A DNA stretch of 64,000 nucleotides from Planctomycetota bacterium. GTDB lineage: Bacteria > Planctomycetota > UBA8108 > UBA1146. The stretch is from positions 71,550 through 135,549 of the forward strand of contig JAYZBV010000037.1 in assembly GCA_036338595.1 (NCBI GenBank), read 5' to 3'. The notes beneath the pieces are model-generated. The model saw nothing but the letters and a program-made list of their open reading frames with translations. It had not been told where the DNA came from and did no database searches. A program made the translations under genes and the position numbers. Each line of letters begins with the position of its first letter. Position 1 is the first letter of the stretch. Shown here piece after piece: positions 9,708 through 17,468 of the stretch.

Positions 9708-11312
9708 CTAGACGAGGGCGCCTTCTACGGCATCCTCATCTTTTTCCAGTTCGGTGATGGCAGTATCTGAGGTCAAAAACAGGCCCGCAACACTTGCAGC
9801 ATTCTGCAGCGCGACTCTCAGCACCTTTGCGGGATCCACGACACCGGCTTTGACCAGGTCGACCACCTTGCCCTTGACGCCGTCGAAGCCCATCTCCAGA
9901 TCCTCGTATTCCATCACCTCTGCAACCACTGCAGGTCCGTCATGTCCACAGTTCCGGGCCAACTGAGCCGTCGGTTCCAGCAATGCATCGGCAACCACCT
10001 GTACTCCGAAACGAGCATCTCCTGTGGCGCGTGTCGCCGCCACCTTCTCGACGATTTGCAAGAAGGCAGTCCCTGCACCAGGCACGATCCCCTCGGCCAT
10101 CGCCGCTCGGGTTGCACTGAGTGCATCTTCTGCTCGTGCTTTTCGCTCCTTGATCTCCAGTTCAGTGGTTCCGCCGACGCGAATCACGGCAATCTTGCCC
10201 ATGATCCTGGCGAGTCTCTCCTCGAGCTTCTCCTTGTCATAGTTCGACTGGGTCTGCTCCATCTGTGCCTTGATCTGCTGGCAGCGGCTCTCGATCGCCT
10301 CTTTGTTTCCAGTACCCCTGAAGAACAAGGTGCTGTCCTTTGAAACCTCGATCTTGCGAACCGTTCCGAGCTGGTCCTTGCCAACCTGGTCCCATGTCAC
10401 TCCGGTGTCCTTGGCGATCATCTGTCCGCCAGTGACGATGGCGAGATCTTCAAGCAATGCCTTTCGTCTGTCTCCAAATCCTGGCGCCTTGATGGCCACG
10501 ACTTCCATCACACCTCTCAACTTGTTGAGGAGTAATCCGGCGAGAGCTTCTCCCTCCACGTCCTCAGCGATGATCACCAGTGGGCGACGTGAAGAGACGA
10601 CCTGTTCAAGAACAGGAACCAGATCCTGGATGGTGGAAATCTTGTGGTCGGTAAAGAGGATCCATGGCTTTTCCAGTACACAGACAGCGGCAACCCTGTC
10701 GGTGATGAAGTAGGGCGAGATCCACCCCTTATCGATCTCGAGACCCTCGACCAGATCCAGAGCTGTCTCGACACCATCGTTTTCCTCGACGGTGACCACT
10801 CCGTTCTCGCCGACCTTGTGAATCGCTTCACCGAACATCTTTCCCAGTTCCACATCATTGGCAGCGATGGTACCGACCTGGACCACTTCCTTTTGCTTCT
10901 GAACGGGGCTAGAAATCTCCTCTAGTTCGCGAACGGCAGTTGCGACCGCCTTGTCGATTCCATTACGCAACTCCACCGGGTTGACTCCGGTCATGGCGAA
11001 TCTTGCGCCTCGCTCGATCATCGCTTCTGCCAGGATGATCGACGAAGTGGTGCCATCGCCGACCTCCTTGTTGGTCTTGCTTGCGACCTCGTTGACGAGC
11101 CGAGCACCCATATTCTCGAAGGGCTGAGAAACCTCGATCTCCCGAGAAACGGTCTGGCCGTCCTTCGTCAGTTCGGACTTTCCCATACTCTTCTCGAACA
11201 GAACATTTCTTCCGCCTGGACCGTAGGTCACCTTCACAGCCCTGGAGAGAGTGCGAACTCCCTCCCGGAGATGGCGTCTGGCATCATCGTCGAAGAGAAT
11301 CTGTTTGGTCAT
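9708..11312 (-). CDS. groL: Chaperonin GroEL (divergent paralog, no GGM tail)
   Basis: [41 protein letters not shown]. Confidence 0.95.
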   Translation of the reverse strand: MTKQILFDDDARRHLREGVRTLSRAVKVTYGPGGRNVLFEKSMGKSELTKDGQTVSREIEVSQPFENMGARLVNEVASKTNKEVGDGTTSSIILAEAMIERGARFAMTGVNPVELRNGIDKAVATAVRELEEISSPVQKQKEVVQVGTIAANDVELGKMFGEAIHKVGENGVVTVEENDGVETALDLVEGLEIDKGWISPYFITDRVAAVCVLEKPWILFTDHKISTIQDLVPVLEQVVSSRRPLVIIAEDVEGEALAGLLLNKLRGVMEVVAIKAPGFGDRRKALLEDLAIVTGGQMIAKDTGVTWDQVGKDQLGTVRKIEVSKDSTLFFRGTGNKEAIESRCQQIKAQMEQTQSNYDKEKLEERLARIMGKIAVIRVGGTTELEIKERKARAEDALSATRAAMAEGIVPGAGTAFLQIVEKVAATRATGDARFGVQVVADALLEPTAQLARNCGHDGPAVVAEVMEYEDLEMGFDGVKGKVVDLVKAGVVDPAKVLRVALQNAASVAGLFLTSDTAITELEKDEDAVEGALV

Positions 11313-11342
11313 CTTCCTTCTCCTTTGTAATTCCCTGGGGGC

Positions 11343-12974
11343 CTAGAAAGCGCCTGCGCCTTCATGGTCATGGTGGTGATCCTCATCAGCCGCTTCCGAT
11401 GGGATCTCCGTGATCACAGCATCCGAGGTAAGAATCATGGTGGCGCTACTGACAGCATTCTGGAGAGCTCTCCTGATCACATCACAGGAGTCGATGATGC
11501 CCGTCTCCATGAGATCGCGCATCTCCAGGCGAGCGAAGTCGTAGCCTGTCGTCGTATCCTCCGAAGCTCGGATCTCGCGAAGCAAGATGGACGGCTCGAC
11601 ACCCGAGTTCCTGGCCAGCTGTCGAAATGGTTCTTCGAGAGCATCGGCCAGGATCTGTGCAGCAACCCTTTCGAGAGGGTCGCGCACCTTCATCCGGGCC
11701 ACTTCATCGGCGCAGTGGATCAACGCCACTCCACCACCGGGCAGTATTCCTGCTTCGAGAGCCGAGCGTGTCGCAGCTAGAGAGTTCTCGAAGCGTTTCT
11801 TGCGCTCCTTCACCTCTCCCTCTGTCGATCCTCCCACCCGGATCACGGCGATCCCACCGATCAATCGAGCGAGTCGCTCCTGTAACTTCTCTCGATCGTA
11901 ATCGCTGCTGGCCGCCTCGATCTCGAGCCGGATCACACGGCAGCGCTCTTCCATATCACTCTTTTTCCCACCGCCATTGACGATGGTTGTCATCTGAGAG
12001 TTGATCTCGATCTTCTTGGCGGTGCCCAGATCAGAGATCTGGATCGATCCAGGATCAATCCCGAGGTCAGAGAAGATCGCCCTGCCACCGGTCGCGATGG
12101 CTATATCCTGAAGCATCGCCTTGCGCCGGTCTCCGTAACCCGGGGCCTTCACTGCTGCAACCTGCAACACACCGCGTTGGCTATTGACAACCAGCGTGGT
12201 GAGCGCTTCTCCGTCGATATCCTCTGCGATGATCAGTAGTGGCTTTCGCTTCTCTACAACTTTTTCAAGCACGGGAACGAGCTGAGCCAGGTTGGAGACC
12301 TTCTCTTCCAGGATCAGGATGAACGGATTCTCCAGTTGGATCTCTGCTGAGTCGGGATTGGCAACGAACTGCTGGGAAATGTATCCCCGATCGAAGTAAA
12401 GACCTTCTTCAACATCCAGCGTTGTCTCGATCCCTTTTCCCTCCTCGATGGTACAAACACCATCGTTGCCGACCTTGTCGAGCGCAGAGGCGATGGTCTT
12501 GCCGATGCGGTCATCGTTATTGGCTGCAATGGAGGCCACGCTGAGGATCGAATCCTGATACTCGATCGGCTCGGAGAGAGCTTCGAGTTTCTTGCATATG
12601 CGATCGGTACAGGAGAGCAGCGCACGCTGCAGCAACACCGGATTCTCACCCGCCATCACCTGCCTCATGCCTCGGCGAAATACGGCCTCTGCGAGCACCG
12701 TTGCGGTCGTACTTCCGTCCCCAGCATCCCGGGCGGTCAGTGTGCCCGCTTCACGAATCAGACGGGCACCGATGTTCTCGACCCTGTCCTCGAGTTCGAC
12801 TTCCTCCGCGACCGTGGCTCCATCCTTGGAGACACGGGGTCCACCCCAGGAGCGATCGATCACTGCACTTCGTCCCCGTGGACCCAGAGTCGTGCGAACC
12901 GCGCGGGCCAGTTTGTGGGCACCCGAGAGTAACTTCTCCCTGGCTTCATCTTCAAAAGTCAGTTCTTTCACCAT
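11343..12974 (-). CDS. groL: Chaperonin GroEL (divergent paralog, His-rich tail)
   Basis: TLGPRGR, GDGSTTAT, KAPGYGDRRK, YDREKLQERLA; GGAGG RBS before ATG 12974; C-terminus EDHHHDHEGAGAF. Confidence 0.95.
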   Translation of the reverse strand: MVKELTFEDEAREKLLSGAHKLARAVRTTLGPRGRSAVIDRSWGGPRVSKDGATVAEEVELEDRVENIGARLIREAGTLTARDAGDGSTTATVLAEAVFRRGMRQVMAGENPVLLQRALLSCTDRICKKLEALSEPIEYQDSILSVASIAANNDDRIGKTIASALDKVGNDGVCTIEEGKGIETTLDVEEGLYFDRGYISQQFVANPDSAEIQLENPFILILEEKVSNLAQLVPVLEKVVEKRKPLLIIAEDIDGEALTTLVVNSQRGVLQVAAVKAPGYGDRRKAMLQDIAIATGGRAIFSDLGIDPGSIQISDLGTAKKIEINSQMTTIVNGGGKKSDMEERCRVIRLEIEAASSDYDREKLQERLARLIGGIAVIRVGGSTEGEVKERKKRFENSLAATRSALEAGILPGGGVALIHCADEVARMKVRDPLERVAAQILADALEEPFRQLARNSGVEPSILLREIRASEDTTTGYDFARLEMRDLMETGIIDSCDVIRRALQNAVSSATMILTSDAVITEIPSEAADEDHHHDHEGAGAF

Positions 12975-13071
12975 GTTGGCTCCTCCTCGCAATCATCCGA
13001 ACTGGTCACCCGAGGCTGCGAGATGAGGCCACCCCCACGGGGTCGCCACTCGCCTATCGTTCCAGTTCACG

Positions 13072-13087
13072 AGCAAAAGCGTGGCCA
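13072..13087 (-). promoter_or_regulatory. Candidate sigma54 (-24/-12) promoter of the groEL-groEL-dnaJ-grpE operon
   Basis: Minus strand TGGCCACGCTTTTGCT has GG-N10-GC spacing with TGGC and TTGCT, about 100 bp upstream of the groEL start. Confidence 0.55.
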
Positions 13088-13153
13088 TCCGATTCGCCAA
13101 CTGCCTTCACAAGTACATACAGAACAGGGACTTGTAGAAAAAGCGATGGAACG

Positions 13154-13236
13154 TGGCAGAAGTACACCTGCCACATCGACAGACCCGGGGATGGAGGGGG
13201 CACTGCTGCTGCCAGGATGGCAGATTCCGACCTGCC
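13154..13236. promoter_or_regulatory. Two copies of TGGCAGA-N5-ACCTGCC (candidate activator/repressor sites)
   Basis: Copies at 13154-13172 and 13218-13236, 64 bp apart; each contains the GGCAG-N8-CTGCC palindrome. Confidence 0.55.
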
Positions 13237-13239
13237 GTT

Positions 13240-15246
13240 TCAGCGTGCCCAGATGCCGCCGCCGCGAGTGTCGCTGACCAGTTTGACGCGAACATCTCGG
13301 ATCTCGAGCCGGGTGCCATCGGCGATGTAAAACACGAACCCACCGGTAGAGGGAAGCCGCGTCGTCTCGGGGTCGAGGGAAATCTCATCGGAAGAGTCGC
13401 CGTACCGGAGTACGACCTGATCGCCATGCACCTCGAGGTCCACTCCGACCCAGCGATTCCTGGGAAAATCGTCCCCGAGTTCCAGCAATGGAGAGGTTTG
13501 ATCTCCGACACCACCGCCACGGGAATTGGTCCTTGGAGAGATGCGCAGGTCACCGTCGCGAATGTTGACCTCGAAATGACAGACATAGTCTTCCCAGTGG
13601 TTCGAGAAGAGGCCGATGAACATGTCACTGCCGGATCGGTTGTCGCCGAGCAGTACTGCACTTCCTTCTCGCTCAAGGATTCGCCAGTTTCCCGCCTGGC
13701 CGCTTCCGACCAGCTGTCTGTCGCTCGTCACCACCCAGTTGTAGAGGTTTGTAGGTGCGAGCTTATGACTCCATGCGACCGATTCTCTCAGATCTCGCCA
13801 CCGTTGCTCTCGCTCGGCCTTCTTTCGCTCTTCCTCCAGACGCTTCGCCTCGGCGATCAGCGCCTCCGCCACACCCTCCTGCTCGATCAGCATCGCCAGT
13901 CCCTCGCGCTGAACCTGTTTCACCAGGTCTTCCTTGAGTTTCCAGACATCGGGGGCTTCATCCTCGACTCTCTCGTCGAGTGCTTCGATCGTGGCGATGG
14001 CGATGTCGTCGTATCCCTTTCGGGCATACTTTCCTGCCTTGGAGGAAAGTTCGTCTAGGCGCTGCTTGTAACGATGTTGCTGCTGAGCGTCGATTCGGAG
14101 GTTGTCCAGTTCGTTCTCGAAGGACGCTTCCAGCACCACTTCTGCGCCGTCAAAGACCTTGGGAAGACCTTCCAGCAGTTGCACCGCTGCTGCGAAATCT
14201 CCACGCTTGAAGGCAGCCTGCACATCTCCCTTGAGAGTGTGCCACGCTTGGTCCACCTCCGCTCTCCAGGTAGAGAGGAGCGTCGCGCGCAGAGCCGCAG
14301 CTTCCTTTCCAGCAGTGGTATCCGCGTATTCTCTGGCGATCGACCCGAAACGCAGTGCGGCAGAGAGCCGGTCATCCGGCTCCTTTCGATTGGACTGCTC
14401 GATCCGGTTCAACGTCTCGCGAGCCTGATCCTCGCGCACCTGACGGGGATCGACGACCGGTTCCTGGGCGACCTTCGTCTCCTCTTCCTTCACTTCAGGT
14501 GTGGAGTCGGGAATCATCATCACCCCCACGATCACGACCACGACCAGCACAGCGACGCCGATGAGGATGAGGGGCAACGGACTCTTTGAAGGCGGAAGAT
14601 GATCTTCTGACGAAGCGGCATCGGTGCCCACAGCAGCGAGCCTTGCCGCTTTCCTGCGCGGTGGTCTCCCACGTCCCGCTCGAACTGGCGCGCCGGCTCG
14701 CTTGGCCCCCGGGGGCGTTGCAGATGTGGGTCTGGGGCGTGGCGACTGCGCAGCGGCGGCTTTCGCGGCCGCCTGCTTCGCGGCCGCCTGCTTCGCTGCC
14801 GCCTGCTTCGCGGGAGTATTCTGTGTGGCCGCCTGCTGTGCGGCCGCCTGCTGTGCCGCGGCTTTCTGCGCGGCCGCCTGCTTCGCGGCCGCCTGCTGTG
14901 CGACGGCTTTCTGTGCGGCCGCCTGCTTCGCAGCCGCCTGCTGTGCGGCGGCTTTCTGCGCAGCCGCCTGCTTCGCAGCCGCTTGCTGTGCCGCGGCTTG
15001 CTGTGCCGCGGCTTGCTGTGCGGCCGCCTGCTGTGCCGCGGCTTGCTGCTGTGGCACGGCCGGCGTATCCGAACTCACGCTCGGGGGAGACTCTGACTCG
15101 GCACCGGGGCTGAGATCCACTCGTCGGGTCGGGACCCGCTTTCCACCGGAGGCACCGGCAGCCCCCTTCGTTCGAGGAGTGGGAACACGCCGCCTCTTCC
15201 TGGGTCTTCGCTCGCTGGAGTCCTTCGTTTCCTCGTCAGATGTCAT
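13240..15246 (-). CDS. Bitopic membrane protein: disordered/Ala-Gln-repeat N-terminus, TM helix, periplasmic helical domain, C-terminal DUF1080/ConA-like beta-sandwich
   Basis: 668-aa ORF. TM LPLILIGVAVLVVVVIVGVMMI. C-terminal NW...GNWRI...WEDY...RWVGVDLEVHGDQV...GGF...EIRDVRVKL pattern. ATGA overlap with the upstream gene. Confidence 0.75.
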   Translation of the reverse strand: MTSDEETKDSSERRPRKRRRVPTPRTKGAAGASGGKRVPTRRVDLSPGAESESPPSVSSDTPAVPQQQAAAQQAAAQQAAAQQAAAQQAAAKQAAAQKAAAQQAAAKQAAAQKAVAQQAAAKQAAAQKAAAQQAAAQQAATQNTPAKQAAAKQAAAKQAAAKAAAAQSPRPRPTSATPPGAKRAGAPVRAGRGRPPRRKAARLAAVGTDAASSEDHLPPSKSPLPLILIGVAVLVVVVIVGVMMIPDSTPEVKEEETKVAQEPVVDPRQVREDQARETLNRIEQSNRKEPDDRLSAALRFGSIAREYADTTAGKEAAALRATLLSTWRAEVDQAWHTLKGDVQAAFKRGDFAAAVQLLEGLPKVFDGAEVVLEASFENELDNLRIDAQQQHRYKQRLDELSSKAGKYARKGYDDIAIATIEALDERVEDEAPDVWKLKEDLVKQVQREGLAMLIEQEGVAEALIAEAKRLEEERKKAEREQRWRDLRESVAWSHKLAPTNLYNWVVTSDRQLVGSGQAGNWRILEREGSAVLLGDNRSGSDMFIGLFSNHWEDYVCHFEVNIRDGDLRISPRTNSRGGGVGDQTSPLLELGDDFPRNRWVGVDLEVHGDQVVLRYGDSSDEISLDPETTRLPSTGGFVFYIADGTRLEIRDVRVKLVSDTRGGGIWAR
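14749..15048 (-). repeat. Coding tandem repeat: about 20 x 15 bp (QQAAA/KQAAA/QKAAA) with a nested 45-bp unit x3
   Basis: Directly visible gcggccgcctgctgt / gccgcctgcttcgc units. Confidence 0.95.
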
Positions 15247-15512
15247 GACCCCTCGCTCCCGATGACCGTCTCATCGCCCGCCGAGGCATCATCGTCGGAG
15301 ACCGGGTAGAGGATCTCGATCAGTTGCTGCAGTTGCTCTGGAGTCAGGTGACCCAGTTCGACCAGGACCTGGCCCAGCAGCGGCACTTGCTTGCCCTCGT
15401 TGCGCAGTCGCTCCTGGATCGTCAAGGCCTCGTAGATCTGGGTCTCATTCACGACTCCCTGTTCGATGGCCACTTCTCCGAAGAGGCGCCGATATCTGTC
15501 TGCATCTGACAA
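15243..15512 (-). CDS. Stand-alone MshEN-like (putative c-di-GMP-binding) protein
   Basis: TTG 15512 with AGGAAGGAGA RBS; two half-motifs RLFGEVAIEQGVVNETQIYEALTIQ and LLGQVLVELGHLTPEQLQQLI. Confidence 0.75.
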   Translation of the reverse strand: MSDADRYRRLFGEVAIEQGVVNETQIYEALTIQERLRNEGKQVPLLGQVLVELGHLTPEQLQQLIEILYPVSDDDASAGDETVIGSEGS

Positions 15513-15699
15513 CTGACGACTCTCCTTCCTGGCCCTGGGTCGCAGCGGGCAAACCACAGTCACTGGTGATCCACAACTGCAAGCCTGGCATCGCCATCGA
15601 ACAGGCAAGGTGCTCGCCACGCCACGAGAATGCGGAGGCACTCGATGGCAACCTCGTTGGCGAGGATATCAGGCTAGTTTGACGGACGCCACCGCCCCA

Positions 15700-16578
15700 T
15701 CACTGGTGACCATCGACCACCAATGGTTCCTCACCGCTGTATAGACTGATTCCCGGGATGTCGCTCGACCCTGTCAACTCATGGCGCAATTCCAGAACCT
15801 GTCTGAGGCAGTTCAGTTTCTGCTCCGAGGTGGTCACTGCAGCGGCATCGGAGGAGGGAGATCGGCCCCAGTGAAGAGGAATTCCGGCAGTGGTATGGAG
15901 ATGCCAGCGGCGTGCTCCACCTTCCTCGACGGTACTGGATATCTCGTGAAGGAAGCCGGGAACTCGATCGAACACCTTATCCGTCCACAGCACCGACAAC
16001 AGCGAGAACAGTTCCTCGAACTGTTTCCCCACGAGGATGAAACCCGATGTAGCCGCGGCGAGTTGCTGCTGCTGGGCACCAACCCCGACGGGGATGTATT
16101 CCGGTATGCCCCACTTCGGATCGAGGAAGTCTCCAGGTTGGCGATCGATGATCCTTCCTGACCCGTCTGCGAGTAGCCAGCCATCCAGGCAACGAACCCC
16201 GACAGAAGGGCGCCGGAAGCGCCCTGAGAATCCAATTCCGTCCGCTGTGCGCTCAACGCTTTGAATCGAAGAGATCCAGGGATTCGTCGACAGTTCTCGC
16301 TTCACATCCTCTTGCCAGTGAACCGATTGCAGAGAAACCCGCGAGGGGATGTCTCTGAGGGAACCGAGATGGCCGCTGAACTGCTCGGGAAACCAGTCTG
16401 GCAGTGTTGAAGGTTCGACGGACCAGACACCGCCCGCTCGTGTCAAACGAAGATCCACCTCATTCTTGGCGATGACGAGAAATGTGCCAAAGATGATCAG
16501 CAGCAGGAGCGCCACCATCCAGTTACGGCCGGCCCCTTTTTCTGATCCGTTGACTTCTGTGGCCGCTTCGCTGATCAC
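15700..16578 (-). CDS. FtsQ/DivIB-like protein (divergent)
   Basis: Position after murB; single N-terminal TM; POTRA-like ELSTNPWISSIQSVER followed by FRRP...WLLADGSGRII. Confidence 0.6.
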   Translation of the reverse strand: MISEAATEVNGSEKGAGRNWMVALLLLIIFGTFLVIAKNEVDLRLTRAGGVWSVEPSTLPDWFPEQFSGHLGSLRDIPSRVSLQSVHWQEDVKRELSTNPWISSIQSVERTADGIGFSGRFRRPSVGVRCLDGWLLADGSGRIIDRQPGDFLDPKWGIPEYIPVGVGAQQQQLAAATSGFILVGKQFEELFSLLSVLWTDKVFDRVPGFLHEISSTVEEGGARRWHLHTTAGIPLHWGRSPSSDAAAVTTSEQKLNCLRQVLELRHELTGSSDIPGISLYSGEEPLVVDGHQ

Positions 16579-17468
16579 TCACGCCCTCCCCCCCGATGGC
16601 CTGGCATGATCACCTCACGCTCCAGATTCACGGAACTCAACTTCTGCACCTGGCTCTGCACACGTTTGATCAACTGTTCGATGTCCTGAGATGTCGCCCC
16701 ACCTTCATTGACAATGAAGTTGGCATGCACGGTGGAAACGCGCGCTCCTCCCAGAACCATTCCCTTGAGGCCGCACTTCTCGATCAGAGCCCCGGCACTC
16801 TCTCCAGGAGGGTTGCGAAAGATGCAGCCGCAAGATCTCAGGGCGAAGGGTTGAGTATTCAGCTTTCTCTGTTTGATCTCGGCAGTTCTTCTCTTCAACT
16901 CCTGAGGATCGGATCCTTCGTTGAGCCGCAATCGAACCGCGGCGACAACCCGATCTTCAATCCCCGAGTAACGGTAACGCCAATCCAGGTCACGACTGTC
17001 GACCCATTCGCGTCCCTGGCCCGGCTCCATCAGCAGAATCTCAGAAACGCGGTCGCCGATGTCCTCACCACCGGCGCCGGCGTTTCCCCACACAGCGCCC
17101 CCGATCGTCCCTGGTATCCCCGGGAATGATTCGAGTCCTTGCCAGCCATGCTCGTTGGCCCGGTCGACCAGTTTTTCGAGTTGGAAGCCCGCCTCGACCT
17201 CGATCACTCCCGGCTCGACAACCTCCTTGGCCTTCAACCCGGTGGTACAGATGACCAGGCCATCGAATCCGTCATCGGCAAAGAGTACATTCGAGCCGTG
17301 TCCCATGAGAAACAGGGGAAATCCCGCCGTGTTACCCCAGTCGACCTGCTGCTGCAGTTCTTCCAGCGATCCAGGGCGACCAAAGTACCTCGCTTCACCA
17401 CCGGTCCGATACCAGCAACGCTGGCGCAGCAGCACCGATTCCTGGATGTTCAGTGGCGGGGTACTCAT
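16575..17468 (-). CDS. murB: UDP-N-acetylmuramate dehydrogenase
   Basis: GHGSNVL, GIPGTIGGAVWGNAGA, SCGCIFRNP, HANFIVN, LEREV. Confidence 0.95.
   Translation of the reverse strand: MSTPPLNIQESVLLRQRCWYRTGGEARYFGRPGSLEELQQQVDWGNTAGFPLFLMGHGSNVLFADDGFDGLVICTTGLKAKEVVEPGVIEVEAGFQLEKLVDRANEHGWQGLESFPGIPGTIGGAVWGNAGAGGEDIGDRVSEILLMEPGQGREWVDSRDLDWRYRYSGIEDRVVAAVRLRLNEGSDPQELKRRTAEIKQRKLNTQPFALRSCGCIFRNPPGESAGALIEKCGLKGMVLGGARVSTVHANFIVNEGGATSQDIEQLIKRVQSQVQKLSSVNLEREVIMPGHRGGGRE

Noticed and set aside
12975..13239. groES gene or CIRCE element upstream of groEL
   Set aside because: No GroES-like ORF (no PLxDRV motif) and no TTAGCACTC-N9-GAGTGCTAA
14749..15048. Possible CRISPR array
   Set aside because: Contiguous in-frame 15-bp units without unique spacers; no cas genes
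14586..15265. Plus-strand Cys/Ala-rich (AAACC) and Pro-rich repeat ORFs
   Set aside because: Antisense and alternate-frame readings of the 15-bp coding repeat; no RBS or independent features
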